Shown here: piece after piece, positions 61,605 to 64,000 of the stretch
Layout: every line of letters starts with the position of its first letter
How positions within the stretch are numbered: the first letter of the stretch is position 1
NCBI RefSeq assembly: GCF_009834535.1
Contig: NC_045705.1
Span: forward strand, 56,482,001 to 56,546,000
Origin: Camelus ferus
Taxonomy: Eukaryota
DNA length: 64,000 nucleotides
Direction: 5' to 3'
The notes under the pieces: model-generated
Seen by the model: the letters and a program-made list of their open reading frames with translations, nothing else
The model's database searches: none
Told to the model about the DNA's origin: nothing
Program-made: the position numbers and the translations under genes

Positions 61605-62177
61605 TGATGCAGGAAAACGGATGTGGGGCGTGAGGAGTGCAGAGTCCCGGGTCTCGGTTGAGCCCCTGGGACGTGCCCCGCCAAGTGTGGGTCCTTGGCT
61701 TTGCAAGGGAAAGAATTCAAGTGTGAGCCACCGTTGAGTAAAGGTAGATTTATTTAGAGAGACACAAACTGCATAGAGTGTAAGGCAAGAGAAAGGCAAG
61801 GAAAGAGTGTGGGAATTGGGTGCTCAGGTTAAAGGAAAAATAGGTACACACTCCACAGACAGAGTGCGGGCCGTCTCCAGAGGGGAGAGAGCGAGCGCGC
61901 AAAGGGCCACTAGGCGTGGTGTTGTCACTTTTTATGGTCTCAGTAGCTTCACACACCTACAGGTGGGATCAATCCAACTGCCCTGGGGAAGGGGCTGAGA
62001 TTACCAGGAATTGGGCCTTTTGCAGTTAGCCTTGGGTCTGTCATGGCGCCTGCGGGCGTGTTATTTGATCACGCTGTTAGGAGCATATAATGAAGCTCAA
62101 GGTCTACTGGAAGTCAAACTTCTTAATCCTTAAGGCCAGCTAGGAGGTGAATCTTCCACCATTTTGGTCCTGTCTCA
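61605..62177 (-). mobile_element. Solo ERV1-type LTR, family B, inverted, with 4-bp TSD GGAA
   Basis: The reverse complement begins TGAGACAGG and ends CCTGCATCA, like 59477-60074; GGAA at 61601-61604 and 62178-62181. Confidence 0.85.
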
Positions 62178-64000
62178 GGAACACAAAATGGAAGTAGCTT
62201 TTTAGGTAGTGCTGGGAGCTCTTTTGAAGAAAGAAATGATTTTCCCAGATGATATTATTTTTACCAACAAAACCACGTGGGAGAAAGTTAGAAAAGGCTG
62301 TGAATTGAGCTCCTCTTTGGGCATGCACAAGGCAAACATGACAGAGAGAGGAGGCAAGGGCCGTGGGTGCTAAGATGACGAGTGATTGCACTGATGAATT
62401 ACAAAATATAAAGTGTGCATAAAAATGAAAGGGAATGGGACTGGATTAAATCGGTTGTGGAATATAGTCTGTCTAAGAGCCCTTTTAGTTCAAAAAATAT
62501 AAAAAATTGGGAAGTTGGAACTTTGAGTTTGGTGAATGTACTTCTTGAGATTTTGATCAGGTGGTAGAGTTCTTGGTGTAATTGTGGAAGCTAACGTCGC
62601 TGGTAGACTTAGACAAACACAGCTGAGGAAGAGGTCAAAACACTGAACATTGTGAGTATTGAGTGGGGAATCTTTTGTTTGCTGGAGCTGCTAAAAATTA
62701 GAGTAGTAGTTGAGTAAAAGGACGCCTGAGAGAGTGCCCGGGGCCCGTGTTGCTTTCTGAGCCCCCAGTGCCTGGGCCTGTGTTGCTTGAAAATTCTGAG
62801 ATGAATTAGAGGCGATGATCACAGCTCAGAGATGGTTTACGTCGAGCTGTGGATGTTACCACATTGGCCAGGACGGTGAACGCTGGCAGCATTCCACAGG
62901 CGGTTCGGGATCTTACTCGTGGTGAGTGTGGTCCCAGGATGCAGAGTCCTGATCTTCATTATTGCTTGGCCCTTTTATCTGTATCTTATGATGCTCCTCA
63001 TTGTGGCAATGTCTTTCCAGCTTTGGATCTGCTGAAATCGAGCCAGAGCTGGGACCAGATGGCTGCTAAATTCTGCCCTGGGCTTGGGGGTACTTCATTA
63101 AAAAGAAATCATGGGGTGGGGAGATTCGGGCTAGATCAGGTGTTACATTGTAGTGGGAGAATAGTTTCCAGGTGGTGTGAACTCCACTATTATTCTTAGT
63201 TTTGCCAAAGGGAGAGGAAGTTATATTTGGAAGTTGTAATGGTCACTACCAATATCTACCCGTCTAACCATGAGGAGTGGGAAATAAAGGTTTCCACGTG
63301 CCGTATTGAAAATACAGTGATTCTGTGAGTATACACACAGTTCTAATTAAGGCATAGAGGCAAATGAAATGTTTACATGGTTGTTAAAGATGAAATGACA
63401 GCATTTGGATGAAAATTGCTAAAAGATTTGACTATAGATGTAACTACAAAAGTTATTTATGCCAAAGGTGGCTCTGTGACTGGGACTGGTTCAAAGACAT
63501 TGCCACGGGTGTGCATGACAAATTTGCCATGGATGTGTTTATTTCTTGACCTGGCGATGTCTGCCATATAATAATCCACTAAGTCATTCATTTGTTTTGT
63601 TTTCTGTGTTTGTGTGTGTGTTTACAATAACAAGTTTAAAAAATCCAAAAATGAGAGGAGTACTTTATAGTCCAAGAGGCAACAGCCTAACAATATAAGT
63701 ATGTCAGTCGCTACATTTGTAATTATTTTCTTTCTTATCCTTCACTTCCCAACTCCAATTGGCCCTGATGTTGCTTCTTGATTATATATTCACCTTCTGA
63801 TAGTTGTTCCTGCTTTTACTTCACTCTAGATCCACTGGCAAAGGATGTAATACTTCAACCTTATTCTGTTGGTCAAAGCAAGTCGCAAGGGCATCACACG
63901 TGCAAGGGAATGGGTAATAGACCGCAGTTCAGGATGGGGGAGTTGGCTTGTGAGTACAGGAGAGGGAAGAATTGTTGGCATCCATTTTTTGCAGATAGTC

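Noticed and set aside
62400-63600. Possible ERV env-like or other coding remnant
   Set aside because: Only a vague LLGPFICIL patch, with no fusion peptide, CKS-17 or CX6CC motif. It remains unexplained.
1-64000. CRISPR arrays, rRNA, intact tRNA genes, prokaryotic systems
   Set aside because: The sequence is mammalian nuclear DNA and none were seen. The tRNA-like pieces are a SINE and a retroposed half-tRNA.

Overview
Mammalian genomic DNA, very probably a camelid: it carries a Vic-1-type tRNA-derived SINE at about 18.5 kb and camelid/cetartiodactyl-type L1 3' ends. It lies in the class I olfactory receptor (OR51/OR52) cluster, syntenic to human 11p15.4 in reverse orientation. Gene order: a disrupted OR51A-type pseudogene (+, 4.3-5.2 kb), OR51E1 (-, intact but partly N-masked, with a recognisable non-coding first exon at about 16.2 kb), OR51D1 (-), TRIM68 (+, CpG-island promoter, 6 coding exons, 485 aa, one GC-AG intron), OR52I1/2-like (-), and an intact intronless SSU72-like phosphatase retrogene (+, 58.3-58.9 kb). 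The SSU72-like gene is preceded by an old ~1-kb head-to-tail duplication holding a frameshifted 5' fragment of the same gene. It is surrounded by four solo LTRs from two families. The rest is ordinary interspersed repeat (L1, L2, MIR, MER5, Tigger, MaLR), two microsatellites, a tailless tRNA-Val 5'-half insertion and four short N runs. No wholly novel biological system is demonstrable. The SSU72-like locus is the most promising item. Orthology and repeat-family names come from recalled sequences, not database searches.
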